Assembly: GCF_036365525.1 (NCBI RefSeq)
Contig: NC_090387.1
Span: 60,932,592 to 60,996,591, forward strand
Direction of reading: 5' to 3'
From: Heterodontus francisci
Lineage: Eukaryota
DNA: 64,000 bases
This document shows positions 1 through 13,193 of the stretch, one piece after another (position 1 is the stretch's first letter; each line of letters starts with the position of its first letter). A model generated the notes under the pieces. That model was not told the DNA's origin and searched no databases. It saw nothing but the letters and a program-made list of their open reading frames with translations. The position numbers and the translations under genes are program-made.

Positions 1-482
1 TTAAAAGATTGATACCTGGAATAAGCGGGTTGTCTTATGAGGAAAGGTTTGACAGCCTGGGCTTGTTTTCACTGGAGTTTAGAAGAGTGAGGAGAGACTT
101 GATTGAAGTATACAAGATCCTGAATGGCCTTGACAAGGTGGATGTGGAAAGGATATTTCCTCTTGTGGGGGAGTCCAGAACTAGGGGGCGCTGTTTTAAA
201 ATTAGAGGTCGCCCTTTGAGGACAGAGATGAGAAAAATGTTTTTCTCTCAGGGTTGTGCAACTTTGGAACTCTGTGCCTCAGAAGGTGGTGGAGGTTGGG
301 TCATTGAATAATTTTAAGGCAGGGGTAGATAGATTTTTGTTAGGCAAGGGAATCAAAGATTATCAGGGATAGATGGGAGTGTGGAATTAGAGACACAAAC
401 AGATCAGCCATGATCTTAATGAATGGTGGAGCAGGCTCAAGGGCCCTGAATGGCCTACTTCTGCTCCTAATTTGTATGTACT
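1..482 (+). mobile_element. CR1 LINE 3' end (RT C-terminus and 3' UTR)
   Basis: ORF 9-311 reads LSYEERFDSLGLFSLEFRRVRRDLIEVYKI; CR1-type tail aatggcctacttctgctcctaat. Confidence 0.9.
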
Positions 483-657
483 TCATAACTAAACAGCTAA
501 ATGCATTACTGTGTTCACCCACATTACCTTAGTAACCATAGTATATTGTGTATTACTGTAATAAAACATTTGTAAAGATTTTGAAGTGGTTTGTTTTAAT
601 CTTTACCATAGTAAAATATAATTCTCTCCAATATTTCATAGAATAGTATATTATTGA

Positions 658-838
658 CTCATTGAATATTTTTAAGGCGGAGGTAGATAGATTCTTGTTA
701 GGCGAGGGAATCAAGGGTTATCGGGTAGATGGGAGTGTGGAATTTGAAGCACAAACAGATCAGCCATAATCTTATTGAATGGTGGAGCAGGCTCGAGGGG
801 TCGAATGGCCTACTTCTCCTAATTTGTATGTTCGTAAG
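658..838 (+). mobile_element. CR1 3' UTR fragment, same family as 1-482
   Basis: Near copy of 300-480 (ggtagatagatt...cagatcagccat...aatggcctacttct). Confidence 0.85.
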
Positions 839-1250
839 TTTATGCAAGGTGGAATCTGGGCCAGTGAAGAGGTCATTGGTTTGAGCCTGGAGGGGACAAA
901 CCCATGAATGTGAGTGAATACAAATGTTTAAATCTTGGTCAAGAGCTGACAAAGCTCCCTAGATTGGTTGGATATATTTGAATGGCTGAAACGTTGTGCC
1001 CAATTCCTTGGATTTCTGGTTGGTAGATATGTATTGTATGATTTATAGTACGAACCTTATTTTTGTTGTTTGCAAAATACTTTTTGAATTTTATTCACTT
1101 CTATTTTTCAATAAAAAGTAAACTGGATCCAGAATTCATTTATATTGATGCATTTCGGAAGTTATTTTGTACAAGTCGTTTTATTTAGTGCTAATTGTTG
1201 TCAGATGGTTTACAGTGTAAGTATTGTTTCCACACACCTCTATCTTTTCT

Positions 1251-4200
1251 CAGAATCACAGAATAATAGTGCAGAAGAGGCCCTTTGGCCCATCAAATCT
1301 GCACTGATGCATTAAAACACCTGACCTGTCTACCTAATCTCATTTGCCAGCACTTGGACAATAGCCTTGAATGTTATGACGTGCCAAGTGCTCATCCAGG
1401 TACTTTTTAAAAGGATGTGAGGCAACCCGTCTCTACCACCCTCCCAGGCAGGGCATTCCAGACCGTCACCACCCTCTGGGTAAAAAAAAGTTCTTCCTCA
1501 AATCCCTCTTAAACCTCCCACCCCTCACCTTAAACTTGTGACCCCTCGTAACTGACCCTTCAACTAAGGGGAACAGCTGCTCCCTATCCACCCTGTCCAT
1601 GCCCCTCAATCTTGTACACCTCGATCAGGTCACCCCTCAGTCTTCTCTGCTCCAGTTAAAACAACCCAAGCCTATCCAACCGCTCTTCAAAGCTTAAATG
1701 TTCCATCCCAGGCAACATCCTGGTGAATCGCCTCTGCACCCCCTCCAATGCAATCACATCCTTCCTATAATGTGGCGACCAGAATTGCACACAGTACTCC
1801 AGCTGTGTCCTTACCAAAGTTCTGTCCAACTCCAACATGACCTCCCTGCTTTTGTAATCTATGCCTCGATTGATAAAGGCAAGTGCCCCATATGTCTTTT
1901 TCACCACCCTATTAATTTGCCCTTCTGCCTTCAGAGATCTATGGACAAACACGCTAAGGTCCCTTTGTTCCTCGGAACTTCCCAGTGTCAGGCCATTCAT
2001 TGAATACTTCCATCTCACTTTACTCCTTCCAAAGTGTATCACCTCACACTTTTCAGCATTAAATTCCATCTGCCATTTTTCTGCCCATTTGACCATCCCG
2101 TCTATATCTTCCTGTAACCCAAGACACTCCAACTCACTGTTAACCACTCGGCCAATCTTTGTGTCATCCGTGAACTTACTGATCCTACCCCCCACATAGT
2201 CATCTATGTTGTTTATATAAATGACAAACAATAGGGGACCCAGCACAGATCCCTGTGGTACGCCACTGGACACTGGCTTCCAGTCACTAAAACAGCCGTC
2301 TGTCATCACTGTCTCCTGCAGCTAAGCCAATTTTGAATCCACCTCATCAAGTTACCTTGTATCCCATGTGCATTTGCTTTCTTGATAAGTCTCCCATGTG
2401 GGACCGTGTAAAAGGCGTTGCTGAAATCCATGTAAACTACATCAACTGCACTACCTTCATCTACACACCTGGTCACATGCTCAAAAAATTCAATCAAATT
2501 TGTTAGGCATGACCTCCCTCTGACAAAGCTATGCTGACTATTCCTAATCAAATTTTGCCTCTCCAAGTGGTGATAGATTCTCTCCTTCAGAATTTTCTGA
2601 TAGTTTCCCTACCACTGACGTGAGACTCACTGGTCTGTAGTTCCCTGGCTTATCTCTACCCACCTTTCTTAAATAGTGGGACCACATTAGCTGTTCTCCA
2701 GTCCTCTGGCACCTCCCCCGTGGCCAGAGGGGAACTAAAAATTTGGGTCAGAGCCCCTGCAATCTCCACCCTCGCCTCCCACAGCATCCTGGGACACAAA
2801 TCGTCCGGACCTGCAGATTTGTCCACTTTTAAGCCTTCCAAAACCTCCAATACCTTGTCACTCCCTATGACAATTTGCTCAAGAACCTCACAGTCTCTCT
2901 CTCCAAGTTCCATATCTACATCCTCTTTCTCTTGGGTGAAGACAGATGTGAAGTATTCGTTCAATACCCTACCAATGTCCTCTGGCTCCACCCACAAATT
3001 TCCCCCTTGGTCCCTAATGGGTCCTATTCTTTCCCTGGTTATCCTCTTCCCATTGATATACCTATAGAAAAACTTGGGATTTTCCTTACTTTTACCAGCC
3101 AGAGCTTTCTCATATCCCCTCTTTGCTCTCCTAATTGCTTTCTTAAGCTCCATCCTACACTTTCTGTACTCCACTAATGCTTCCATTGATTTGCTCTCCT
3201 TGTATTTGCTAAAAGCCTCTCTTTTCCTTCTCATCGTACCCTGAATGTTTCTGGTCATCCATGGTTCTCTGGGCTTGTTGCTCCTACCTATTACCCTAGA
3301 GGAAACATGTTGGGCCTGTACCCTCCCCATTTCCTTTTTGAATGCCCCCCTCTGCTCTTCTGTAGATTTCCCGACAAGTAACTCTTTCCAGTCTACCTTG
3401 GCCAGATCCTGCCTTATTTTACTAAAATTCGCTCTCCCCCCAATCCAAAGCTTTTTTTTGCAACTTGTCTATTTCTTTCTCCATAACGAGCTTAAATTGT
3501 ACCATGTTGTGGTCGCTATCACCAAAATGCTCCCCCACCAACACATCAACCACCTGTCCGGCTTCATTCCGCAGAATTAGGTCCAGCACTGCACCCTCCC
3601 TTGTTGGATCCTCTACATAGAGCTAAAAAGTTCTCCTGTATACATTTTAAGAACTCCACTCCATCTAAGCCCTTAACACGATGACTAACCCAATTAATGT
3701 TGGGAAAGTTGAAATCACCTAATATAATTACCCTATTATTTTTACACACTTCTGCAAATTGCGTACATAATTGCTCCTCAATTTCCCACTGACTATCTGG
3801 GGGTCTATAATAAACACCTAGCAATGTGGCTGTCCCTTTTTTATTCCTAAACTCTACCCATAAAACTCCATTTGATGCCCCCTCCAAGATATCATCTCTC
3901 CTTACTGCAGTAACTGACTCCTTAACTAATATTGCAATGCCCCCTCCTCTGTCTCGCCTGAAGATTCTATATCCCAGGATATTGAGCTGCCTATCCTGCC
4001 CCTCCCTCAACCATGTCTCCGTGATGGCTACTATATCACAATTCCACATGTCAATCATTGCCCTTAACTCATCCGTTTTACCTGCAATACTCCTGGCATT
4101 AAAGTTAAAGGCCTTCCATCCTGGTCTTACTCCCTTGAAACTTACTTCTGCTGTATTCCCTCTGACTTGTTCGCATTCCTGTGTTTAGCTGTCTCCCTAT

Positions 4201-5737
4201 TCTGCTAGGAGTCTGCATCCCCTTCCCCTGCCAAATTAGTTTAAACTCCTCCCAACAGCACTAGCAAACCCACCAGCAAGGATGTTAGTGCCCCTCTGGT
4301 TCAGATGTAGATCGTCCTGCTTGTACAGGTCCCACCTTCCCCAGAAACGGTCCCAGTGATCCAGGAATCTAAAACCCTCCCTCCTGCACCAACTCTTAAG
4401 CCACGCATTCATCTGTGCTATTCTCCTATTTCTATACTCGCTAGCACGTGGCACTGGGAGTAATCCAGAGATTACAACCCGAGAGGTCCTGGTTTTTAGT
4501 CTACTGCCTAACTCCCTGTATTCTTAATGCAAGACCTCATCCCTCTTTCTACCTATGTCATTGGTACCAACACGTACCATGACCTCTGCCTTATCACCCT
4601 CCCCCTACAGGATGCCCTGCAGCCGTTGTGACATCCTGGACCCTGGCACCAGGGAGGCAACACACCATCCTGGAGTCACGTTGACGGCCACAGTAGCGCC
4701 TATCTGTTCCCCTGACTACAGAATCCCCTATTAATATTGCTCTTCCTCTTTTCCCCCTTCCTGTGCAGACAGGCTGCTTGTGGTGCCAGAAGCTTGGCTC
4801 TGTCCGCACTCCCTGGAGGAACCAGCCTCATCAGCCTCCAAAATGGAATACCGATTTGTAAGCGAGACCCCAGGGGACTCCTGAACTACCTGCCTGATTC
4901 TCTTGGACTGCCTGGCGGTCACCCATTCCCTTCCTTCCTCAAGTCCCTTCAGCTGCAGTGTGACCACCTCTCTATATATGCTATCCACAATGCTCTCAGA
5001 CTCACGGATGCTCCAGCGTTTCCAGCCGCCGTTCCAGCTCTGAAACCCGAGCTTCCAAAACCTGCAGCTGGATACACTTCCTACACACAGGCTGGTCCCG
5101 GGGACTGGAAATGTTCCCGGATTCCCACATGCAGCAAGAGGAGCAAACCACGGCTTCAAGCTCTCCTGCCATCTAAACCCTTTAAATTTAAAACTTTAGA
5201 AGATTATAATTTTTTAAAAAAACAACTAAGTCTTGCTAAAACAATGACTTACAATTCAATCCACTTTGAAAAATACCCACCAGGACTTACTCGCCAGTCA
5301 GCTGTGCTCTTTGGAAACTCTCAGCTCCCCTCACTGAGGACTGGTAGGAAATGAAAGGAGCTCCTCGCTCCCTCCTCACCGAATTTCCTCAGTCACCAAA
5401 CTTCCACTTTAACACTCTAATGCAACCCAAGTCAGCACTCCAATACAAACAAGGTCAGCACTGTAAGATGGCCCACTTTTATACTGACTGACTCTAGCCC
5501 CTGAAAACTGGTTTCAGCCAATTCTCTAATTAACAAGGTGCAGCTGCAAGCAGAGTCTGAGTGAACTCTGATTAAAGCTGGTCTAAAACTCACCTTCTCC
5601 AACCCAAACAGCAACTGTTAAGTTAATCTGCTAAATAAAAGGCAGACTAGATTTAAGATAAATTAACCCTTAATTATCCTCAGTCACCAAACTTCCACTT
5701 TAACACTCTAATGCAACCCAAGTCAGCACTCCAGTGC
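1251..5737 (-). mobile_element. Near full-length degenerate CR1 LINE: ORF1 (SGNH esterase) and ORF2 (APE endonuclease-RT)
   Basis: ORF1 pieces AILIGDSVVRG and FLDHWDRFWGRWDLYKQDDLHLN (4236-5159). EN motifs AITETWL, YYRPP, GDFNFPNI (3564-4058). RT motifs QHSFVRGRSCLTNL, GVPQGSVLGP, KFTDD (1656-3330). Frameshifted. Confidence 0.93.
5386..5733. repeat. 57-bp perfect direct repeat (5386-5442 and 5677-5733) in the CR1 5' UTR
   Basis: tcctcagtcaccaaacttccactttaacactctaatgcaacccaagtcagcactcca occurs twice, 291 bp apart. Confidence 0.9.
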
Positions 5738-6149
5738 ATTGAAAATTTGGAAATGAGCTACAGTTGGGTTACTGCTTTAGTTCCACTAATACCTGGCAAT
5801 TTAATTTGAAAATTAGTATTTCCAAAGCATAGCTAGTCTGGGAGCTGATCGGTCATCATAATTTGATATTGAAATGTTTCTGGACATTCATCTTTACATG
5901 TTGCCAAGTTTTCAGGTGTATTTGAAATTAAATGCTCAATGCCTTAATTTATGTCACTAATTGGTCTTTTTCATGATTTCAGACATCTTGCATATTGTGG
6001 AAAGCTTACAAGTGCTACTGTAATTACCTGCACAATGCTTAACTACATGAAAACCAGGAGTGAGCACTGTCATCATTCCCACCTCCCTGTGACCTTTCAC
6101 ATTTCACCTTTGATTAGCCAGAAAAATTTCTTCCCTTTTTTTTTGCTCA

Positions 6150-6220
6150 GTTACATTCCTGTGAAGTGCCTTGGGGCATTTTACTCTGTCAAAGGCACCA
6201 TATAAATGCAAGTTATTTTG
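6150..6220 (+). mobile_element. L2 LINE 3' tail fragment
   Basis: cctgtgaagtgccttggggcattttactctgtcaaaggcaccatataaatgcaagtt resembles the tails at ~29530 and ~41600. Confidence 0.6.
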
Positions 6221-6777
6221 CATACTTAGTGGATACATCACTGCTATTAATGAACTAGCAGCATTTTTAATGAACATGAAACTTCCTCACTGTGATGCAT
6301 ATTAGAAATCTATATGGTGTAATTTACCAAGCGTACCTATTAAAATTAGATTAAACTTGAAATTATCTTTGTGGCTACAAATTACTCAAACTTTTCTGAA
6401 AGGTAATCAAATGCTATCCCATAGAAATATTCAGGGCTACTGAGTTTAATGTATGGATTCGAGAATATTCAGATACTTTTTGTGATGTGGTGCCCACATC
6501 GAGACAGGCATATCAAAGTGTTGAAGATTGGTACTATGTTGTTCTTTTAGTATTATACTTTACAAAACGTGCAGTGATTTTAAATGGCAGAGATACAACC
6601 TCGAATTAAAAGGTACTAATTAGTGCCCACCCACCCACAACTAAATACCTTTTTGGAGTCACGTTTGCAAATTTTGAGTTTCTCGTGGCTGAGTTTATGC
6701 CATGATTATGGAGGACCAAAAGGAAACCACATAGTTCAGACTTTTCAGTTTTACTTTAAAAAGGTCTTAGTGTTCAC

Positions 6778-6990
6778 ATGCCAAAGACTTGCAGGTTGAT
6801 AGGTAATTTGGCCATTATAAATTGCCCCTAGTATAGGTAGGTGGTAGGGAAATATAGGGACAGGTGGGGATGTGGTAGGAATATGGAATTATTGTAGGAT
6901 TAGTATAAATGGGTGGTTGATGGTCGGCACAGGCTTGGTGGGCCGAAGGGCCTGTTTCAGAGCTGTATCTCTAAATAAAAAATAAAATAA
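6778..6990 (+). mobile_element. 5'-truncated HE1-like V-SINE
   Basis: Matches the 3' half of the SINE at 17276-17620; CR1-derived tail gggccgaagggcctgtttc followed by (taaa)n. Confidence 0.85.
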
Positions 6991-8351
6991 ATTAACAAAA
7001 ATAAGCAGGCTAGTACAATTATCATTCAACAATTCAGCTCCAATTATTTATTTATCTTTTTTTATTCTCAAACACAATGCACAAGGAGTTGTTAGAAAGG
7101 GTTTTGCCCAGAACATTCACCCACCTTTCGCTGTTGAATGCTAATTATATTCATTTTCTGATTTGGTTAAATAACTTATCTCTCAGAAGATGTATTGGCC
7201 TATCTTAGAGCACGACATCACAGGTAATTGCTTCTTGAAATAATTTATCGTTAGCGCTTATGTTTGTTTGCTGAAAGCATAGTAATATTACAGCAGAGGA
7301 ACCCACAGACTTTCTTTGAAATCTTAGGCTAGGCTTATTAAGCTGAAGGGACAACTTCTAACAAGAAGAGGAAAAACTCAATCAAGGTCAGTCAGTCCAG
7401 TTAGGCCTGGGAAAGGAGCCTGGCTTAATGAGGGAAAAGTCACTCATCTTGGGGTCAGAGCCAGAAAGCTAACAAAAAGTTGTTAGCTCACTAGTGTGAC
7501 ATGGTTTATTATTTTTCCTCTTCATGGAGGAGAGGCTTGAAGTTAGGTAAAGTAAGCAAATTTTAGTGTATGCTTCTTGCTGTCTGTAAAATAACTTAAT
7601 ATTTGACTTCATGTAACTAGAGTATCTGTCCATCCACTCAAAAACTGGATAAGTGCACATGAGGTTACGTGAATGGACCTAGAACTTTGTTGGAGCCCAG
7701 ACCTGGTACTGTGCAACCAGCTTGCCTAAACTGAAAGGCCTAAGAATTGATAGAAATGTGGTTTTTTGTCAATATATTTCGCGTGAGATGCTGGCACTGA
7801 TAATGCCTCCACCAGCAACTTGTTCCAGAAAAGACATCATTGTTGTTGTGGTATACCTTTAAGGGGTGTGTCTAAAACTGCTGTCTATCACAAGACAGGA
7901 TATGATGTATATACTCATGTAATCATCGGGTAGATGTTAGGAGCAGTCAGAGACCAGATGTGTTAGTTAACCTTCCAGTTATTGTTGTACATAGTTTCAT
8001 ATCTTCAGATAAAGAACCCACTTATTTTAGTTACCAATCCTCCTTGTTCAGTTAGTGTGTTCGTGTTAGAGAAACACAATATGGTGATTGAAGACTTGAT
8101 TTGAAGATTTTGCAGTCTCTGCAACACTGAGCCCCTCCACATGCTACAGAGCTCCAGTGTGTGGCGACTTGAAGACATACAAGTACATCTGCAGTACTTA
8201 CAGCAGCGTGGAAGTCTCTGTGTGAGTGATTCTGCAACAGTGTAGGCATCCATTGCACAGAGCTGTGCAGTCCTGGTAAAACTACTACTTATTGGGGGAG
8301 CATTGGTCTGAGTCCAACTGCTGATGCAGCTTGCACATTAAAAAAGTTTAT

Positions 8352-8545
8352 ATAGAAACATAGAAAATAGGAGCGGGAGTAGGCTATTCGGCCCTTTGGG
8401 CCTGCTCTGCCATTCAAAAAAAGATTATGGTTGATCGTCTAATTCAGTACCCTGTTCCTACATTCTCCCCATATCCCTTGATCCCTTTGGTGTTAGGAAA
8501 TATATCTATCTCCTTCTTGAATATATTTAATAACCTGGCCTATAT
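8352..8545 (-). mobile_element. Short CR1 3' tail inserted in the leader of element A
   Basis: tagaaacatagaaaataggagc...ggctattcggccc is the reverse complement of a CR1 3' UTR. Confidence 0.8.
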
Positions 8546-8892
8546 AACCGACTCCGTGAAGTGTGGTGCTGGATATCGGGGCACTGGGTCAAGAGTCCAG
8601 GGCAAGGGGTGACCAAACGTTTGCGAAAGGGCAGAAAATAAAAATAAATAATTCTGTCGAACGGCAGCCCTATAGCTTTGAGAAGGCTGAAAGCTCAGCT
8701 TTGCGACTATGGCCTAGCAAATGAGCGAGACGGCAGCAACAGTACTGTTGATCCCAAGTCTAGCAACGAGGTGTGGCCATCCAAGGTACTGCAAGCCAGT
8801 GGGGCCACAGCACTTAATCCCTTAAGGACTGTGCAGGTTTGAATTTTTGTTCCTGCCTCAGGTTAATTGAAACTCCAGCAAACACTGGCAAA

Positions 8893-9600
8893 ATGACTAC
8901 AAAATTCCCATCCCTGAATTTGAAGGCAGCAGACCTCCTTGCTTAATTTAAACTGTTCAGGCAACAGATGGAGCTATGTTTTCTGAACCTGGCTGTCTCC
9001 AAACCAGACAAAAAAGCCATAAAGGTAAAAATAACCATAGGGAATGAAGGTCTCCACAGACTGAACACATTGGGACTGTCAGAGGATGACCTCAAAAACC
9101 CAAGCAAAGTATTGTCTACACTGGAAGACAAGTTAAGCGTGAATTTCAACTTCCGAATACACCATCTCAAGTTTATTTCTTTCAGACAGCAACCCAAGGA
9201 GATGATCGATCAGTATGTGAGCCAGTGCACAGATAAATGTTGTGATTGCGACTTTACAAAGGCAGAGCTGTCTGATAGGATCATCGAGCTCGTGATTGCT
9301 TCTATCCCTTTCGAAGCATTTCAAAAAGATCTTTTGGACCAACCCAAAGGTTACAGCTTGGAAGCATTGTTCAAAAGTGGTCGCAAGTATGAAGCTATCC
9401 TTATGGATCAACAGAGTCCATTACGTCCACCAAAGGCACGGTAGCCAATTCAAATAAACCTGGTAAGCCATGCAGGTTGTGCGGTCTCATACATGCACCT
9501 GAAAATTGTCCAGCTTTCCATGACGTATGCAAGGCATGTGGCACCAGAGGACACTGGAAGTGCCAATGCAGGAAGCCAAAGCTAGAACGGGTGGCCTGAT
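8893..9600 (+). pseudogene. Gag of element A with two zinc-knuckle motifs
   Basis: FKLFRQQMELCF...KITIGNEGLHRLNT and CRLCGLIHAPENCPAFHDVCKACGTRGHWKCQC; contains a stop and a frameshift. Confidence 0.8.
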
Positions 9601-10537
9601 ACCAGGACAAATCACAGTCGGATGCAAGACTGGTACAGCATTGCAGCAAGCAAAAGGAGCTGACCAGATATCACAAGCAGCAAATCCATGATATGACCAG
9701 CCTGCCAGTAGGGTCAGATGACAAGGATGACCAGAGCGTTGATGCACGGTGAGCAGGCATTCCATACAGAATGACCTTTCAGAGGGTGAGGGACACCATC
9801 TCAAGACTCAGCACCCTGAAGATAGAATTCCTTCGATTATAAGAAGACATCAGACGAGAGGTACGAGGACAACACCCAACCAATGGAATGTGGAATCCAG
9901 CAGAAATTATAAGCAAAGGTCCAGAACCACAATCATACCAAACAAGAGCGCCCAATGGCATGACACTGCAAAGAAATCAATGCCACATCAGAGAAGTACC
10001 AAAACAAGAAACACCTAGTAGGCCAATCGCAAGTCGACATGATTCAAGCACAACACTTCTACGGACAACCAGGGTATTGAGAACATAGTGCGATCTCAAA
10101 CTAACTTCACAGTAACCAAGACTGGGCGTATCAGTAAACCACCATTAGGCTTCAGAGACTTATAAGTTTATCACTTTATGTAATCTTATATGGAAACACA
10201 ACAGTTTTCTCGATGTAATGTAAATAGTTCTAACTTTTTAAGGACACAATTTTAACTTATTAAAAAAAGGGAATGTTGTGTCTAAAACTGCTGTCTATTG
10301 TGGGACCACCTTAAGAGGCTATAAGTGAAGGTCACCAGAGGAAGTGATGTCGCATCACATGACCAGAGAGTTGTGGGTGTAGCCTGACAGAGTGTGTAGA
10401 TGTGTGTGTGTGAGACACATATATATTTATATATATATTCTAGTTAAATTATAATAACCCACATATTCTTTGCATATTACTTGGAGTCCTGTGCATCTTA
10501 CGATAGCTCACAGAACAAAGGAACAAATAATAATATA

Positions 10538-10555
10538 TGGTGGCAGTGGTGGGAT
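10538..10555 (+). promoter_or_regulatory. Primer-binding site of element B, complementary to a tRNA-Leu 3' end
   Basis: TGGTGGCAGTGGTGGGAT lies directly after the 5' LTR and is the reverse complement of ...ATCCCACCACTGCCA-CCA (vertebrate tRNA-Leu TAG/AAG type, recalled from memory). Confidence 0.8.
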
Positions 10556-11251
10556 ATATTTGTCTGAAGCGCACCAAATAATACATCGTGGCAATGTTTG
10601 ATTTTTTTTTTCTGAAGAACACAGAACAAGAAACAGCAGGTTGTTCACCAGGAGTGGATTGGGCAGAAGACCCCACAACAGTGCAATGAGCTTGGACTGC
10701 AGACAGGACCCTGGGAGGGGTTGAAACTCTGAGTACTGCAGGCATGTTGCCAGGAGATCAGAGCTTTCAACTAATGTAGCAGTGGGTCGAAAAATTTGAG
10801 AAGTAAATGTAGCCATTACTGCTTTAGTTTTTCTGTTTGTTTTTGCTTTGTGGGCAGGGCCTAAGCCAAAATGAGTAGAAAGAGCTCAACAGCACTACTG
10901 GGGGTCCACAACACAAAATAAAAGGCTGTCTGTGGCAGCTGTCTGTACTGCAAACTGCAGCTCTCTGCGGAGAGAAGGAAAAAACTGCGTTCTCAGTTGC
11001 AAGAAAAACAAGCTGCGTAAACAAAGCAGCTGTAGTCTCTCATTCTTAAAAGGGCAAGACTGCAAAAAAAGAACTCCTCTAAAAGAGGAAACAGAAAGCT
11101 GTGCCTGAGACAGAAAACCTGTAAAGAAGGGAGCCTGTGAAGAAGAATCGTGCCTGGTAAAAAGAAAACCTGTGGAAAAGCCTATATTTCTGAAAAAGCA
11201 GGATCATGCAGAAAATGGCATTCAAGTATCCAGTTATGGTTTGGAAGGTAT

Positions 11252-11369
11252 AGAAACATAGAAAATAGGAGCAGGATTAGGCTATTTGGCCCTTCGAGCC
11301 TGCACCGCCATACAATACGATCATGGCTGATCATCCAAACTCAGTACCCTGTTCCCGCTTTCTCCCTAT
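11252..11369 (-). mobile_element. 118-bp CR1 3' tail inserted in element B gag, with 7-bp TSD
   Basis: AAGGTAT at 11245-11251 and 11370-11376; removing the insert restores MAFKYPVMVWKVSAIASEFKLFRQ. Confidence 0.85.
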
Positions 11370-13193
11370 AAGGTATCGGCCATAGCGTCTGAGTTTAAAC
11401 TATTTCGTCAGTGAATGGAACTGTGTTTCCTGGATCAAGAAGTGAGTGAACCAGAGAAACAAGCTTTGAAAATCAAGATCGCACTGGGCAATGAGGGCCT
11501 GCAATGGATCAATACATCAGGATTGTCACCCGAGGATCAGAAGAACCCTGGCAAGCTATGGACATTCCTGGAGGAGCAATTCCAGGTAAAGGTCAATTTC
11601 TGAGTACATAGGCTTGAGTATATGACCTACCAGCAAAGGCAGTCCATTGACCAGTTTGTTGCAAAGTGCCAAGACAAAGCTCAAGAATGAGACTTCACAG
11701 ATATCGAATTGTCAGAACGGGTTATAGAGCTAGGAATCATGTCTACCCCACTCGAGGCCTTTCAAAAAGACCTACTAGAAAAGAAGAAAGGGCACACCAT
11801 AGATGCACTACTTAATGATGGAAGAAGATTTGAAGTCATCATGGCTGGACACCGACAGTTGCAAGCACTGGGGCAGCTATGACAACTGGTATGATAACCG
11901 AGGGTCAGAAGCCTGCTAAGCTTTGTAACAAATGTGGCCTGGCTCACCCAATTCGCAGTTGTCCAACGTACTAGGACCTGTGCAAAGCTTGTGGCACGCA
12001 AGGACATTGGGAAAGGCAGTGCAGAAAGCCGAGCTCATACTGCACACAGGAATGGTGGCAGGTATTGGAGAGAATGTCTGCAAGACAGGATGGCAAACGC
12101 AACAAAAGGTATGCCAACACACACCAAAAGTCCAAGCAGGTACATCAGGTCAGCAGAGACACGGGTGAAGAATGCACTCATGTGAACAGCAAGCAACCAT
12201 TTCACATAGTTTATTTCGATCAAAATGTCAATGCTATTACGCAGTCTGAGGCATTCGCCATGATCTGTATATGTCTGCAGAAGAGCGGCAAGCATAAGCT
12301 TAGAGTAAAAATTGACACCAGAGCAAGTGCAAATATTCTGCCCATCTGTATACGGAAGGACATATACTTAAAGAAATGTGAATCTATGGTACAATCCACC
12401 ATGGCTAGACTGCCTACAATGGTTCTCCAATCAAGTGCATTGGAACGATAACCTTGCAGTGCAGCTATGGGTGCTCCGAATGGTTATCACAAAGTTTTAT
12501 ATTGTAGACCGAACTGGACATCTGTTGCAGGACTTCGAGTATGCTGAGATTGACGATCGTCACAATGCATGAGGTCAGCACCTCACCGGAAGGTTGCAAC
12601 ACGTAGTGCACTGAGTTGATTAGAGACCTGAAACTACTTTACCAAGCCAGGCTTCAGACAGTCAGCGATTTCAAGGGTGATGCCACATTGCATGAGGAGG
12701 ATGCAGTTCCTACTCTCGACGCACCAAGGAGGTGCAGCGTGCACATTCAACAGAAGCTTAAAGTGGAGATGGATGAGGTGGAGCGCAATCGCATCATCCA
12801 CCAACATTCCGATTGTTGCAACTCTCTGACCAGCATGCTGAAGAAAGACAACAATCACCGGATTTGCTTAGACCCACAACGATTGAATTTAGCCCCCAAG
12901 TAATACTTGCATAAAATCCCGATCCTGGAGGAGCTGTATCCTGAGTTTACTGTTTTTTTTTCAAAGCTTGATGCGAAGCACAACTACTGGTCTGTCCACT
13001 TAGCCAAGAAGTCCCAGTTACTCTCAACTTTTAGAACACCATTCAGGAGATACTATTTCAGATGGTTACAGTTTGGTCTGTGCATCAGCCAGGAAGTTTT
13101 CCAACAATGCATGGACAGGATGATGGAAAATGTCCCGAGCTATATCTCTCTAGCCGACGATATTGCGGTGAAGAAGTGGGCCAAGGTAGAGCA

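Noticed and set aside
4737-5354. 205-aa and many other short ORFs in the track
   Set aside because: Antisense or alternative frames of transposons, or random intronic ORFs with no recognisable motifs or splice context.
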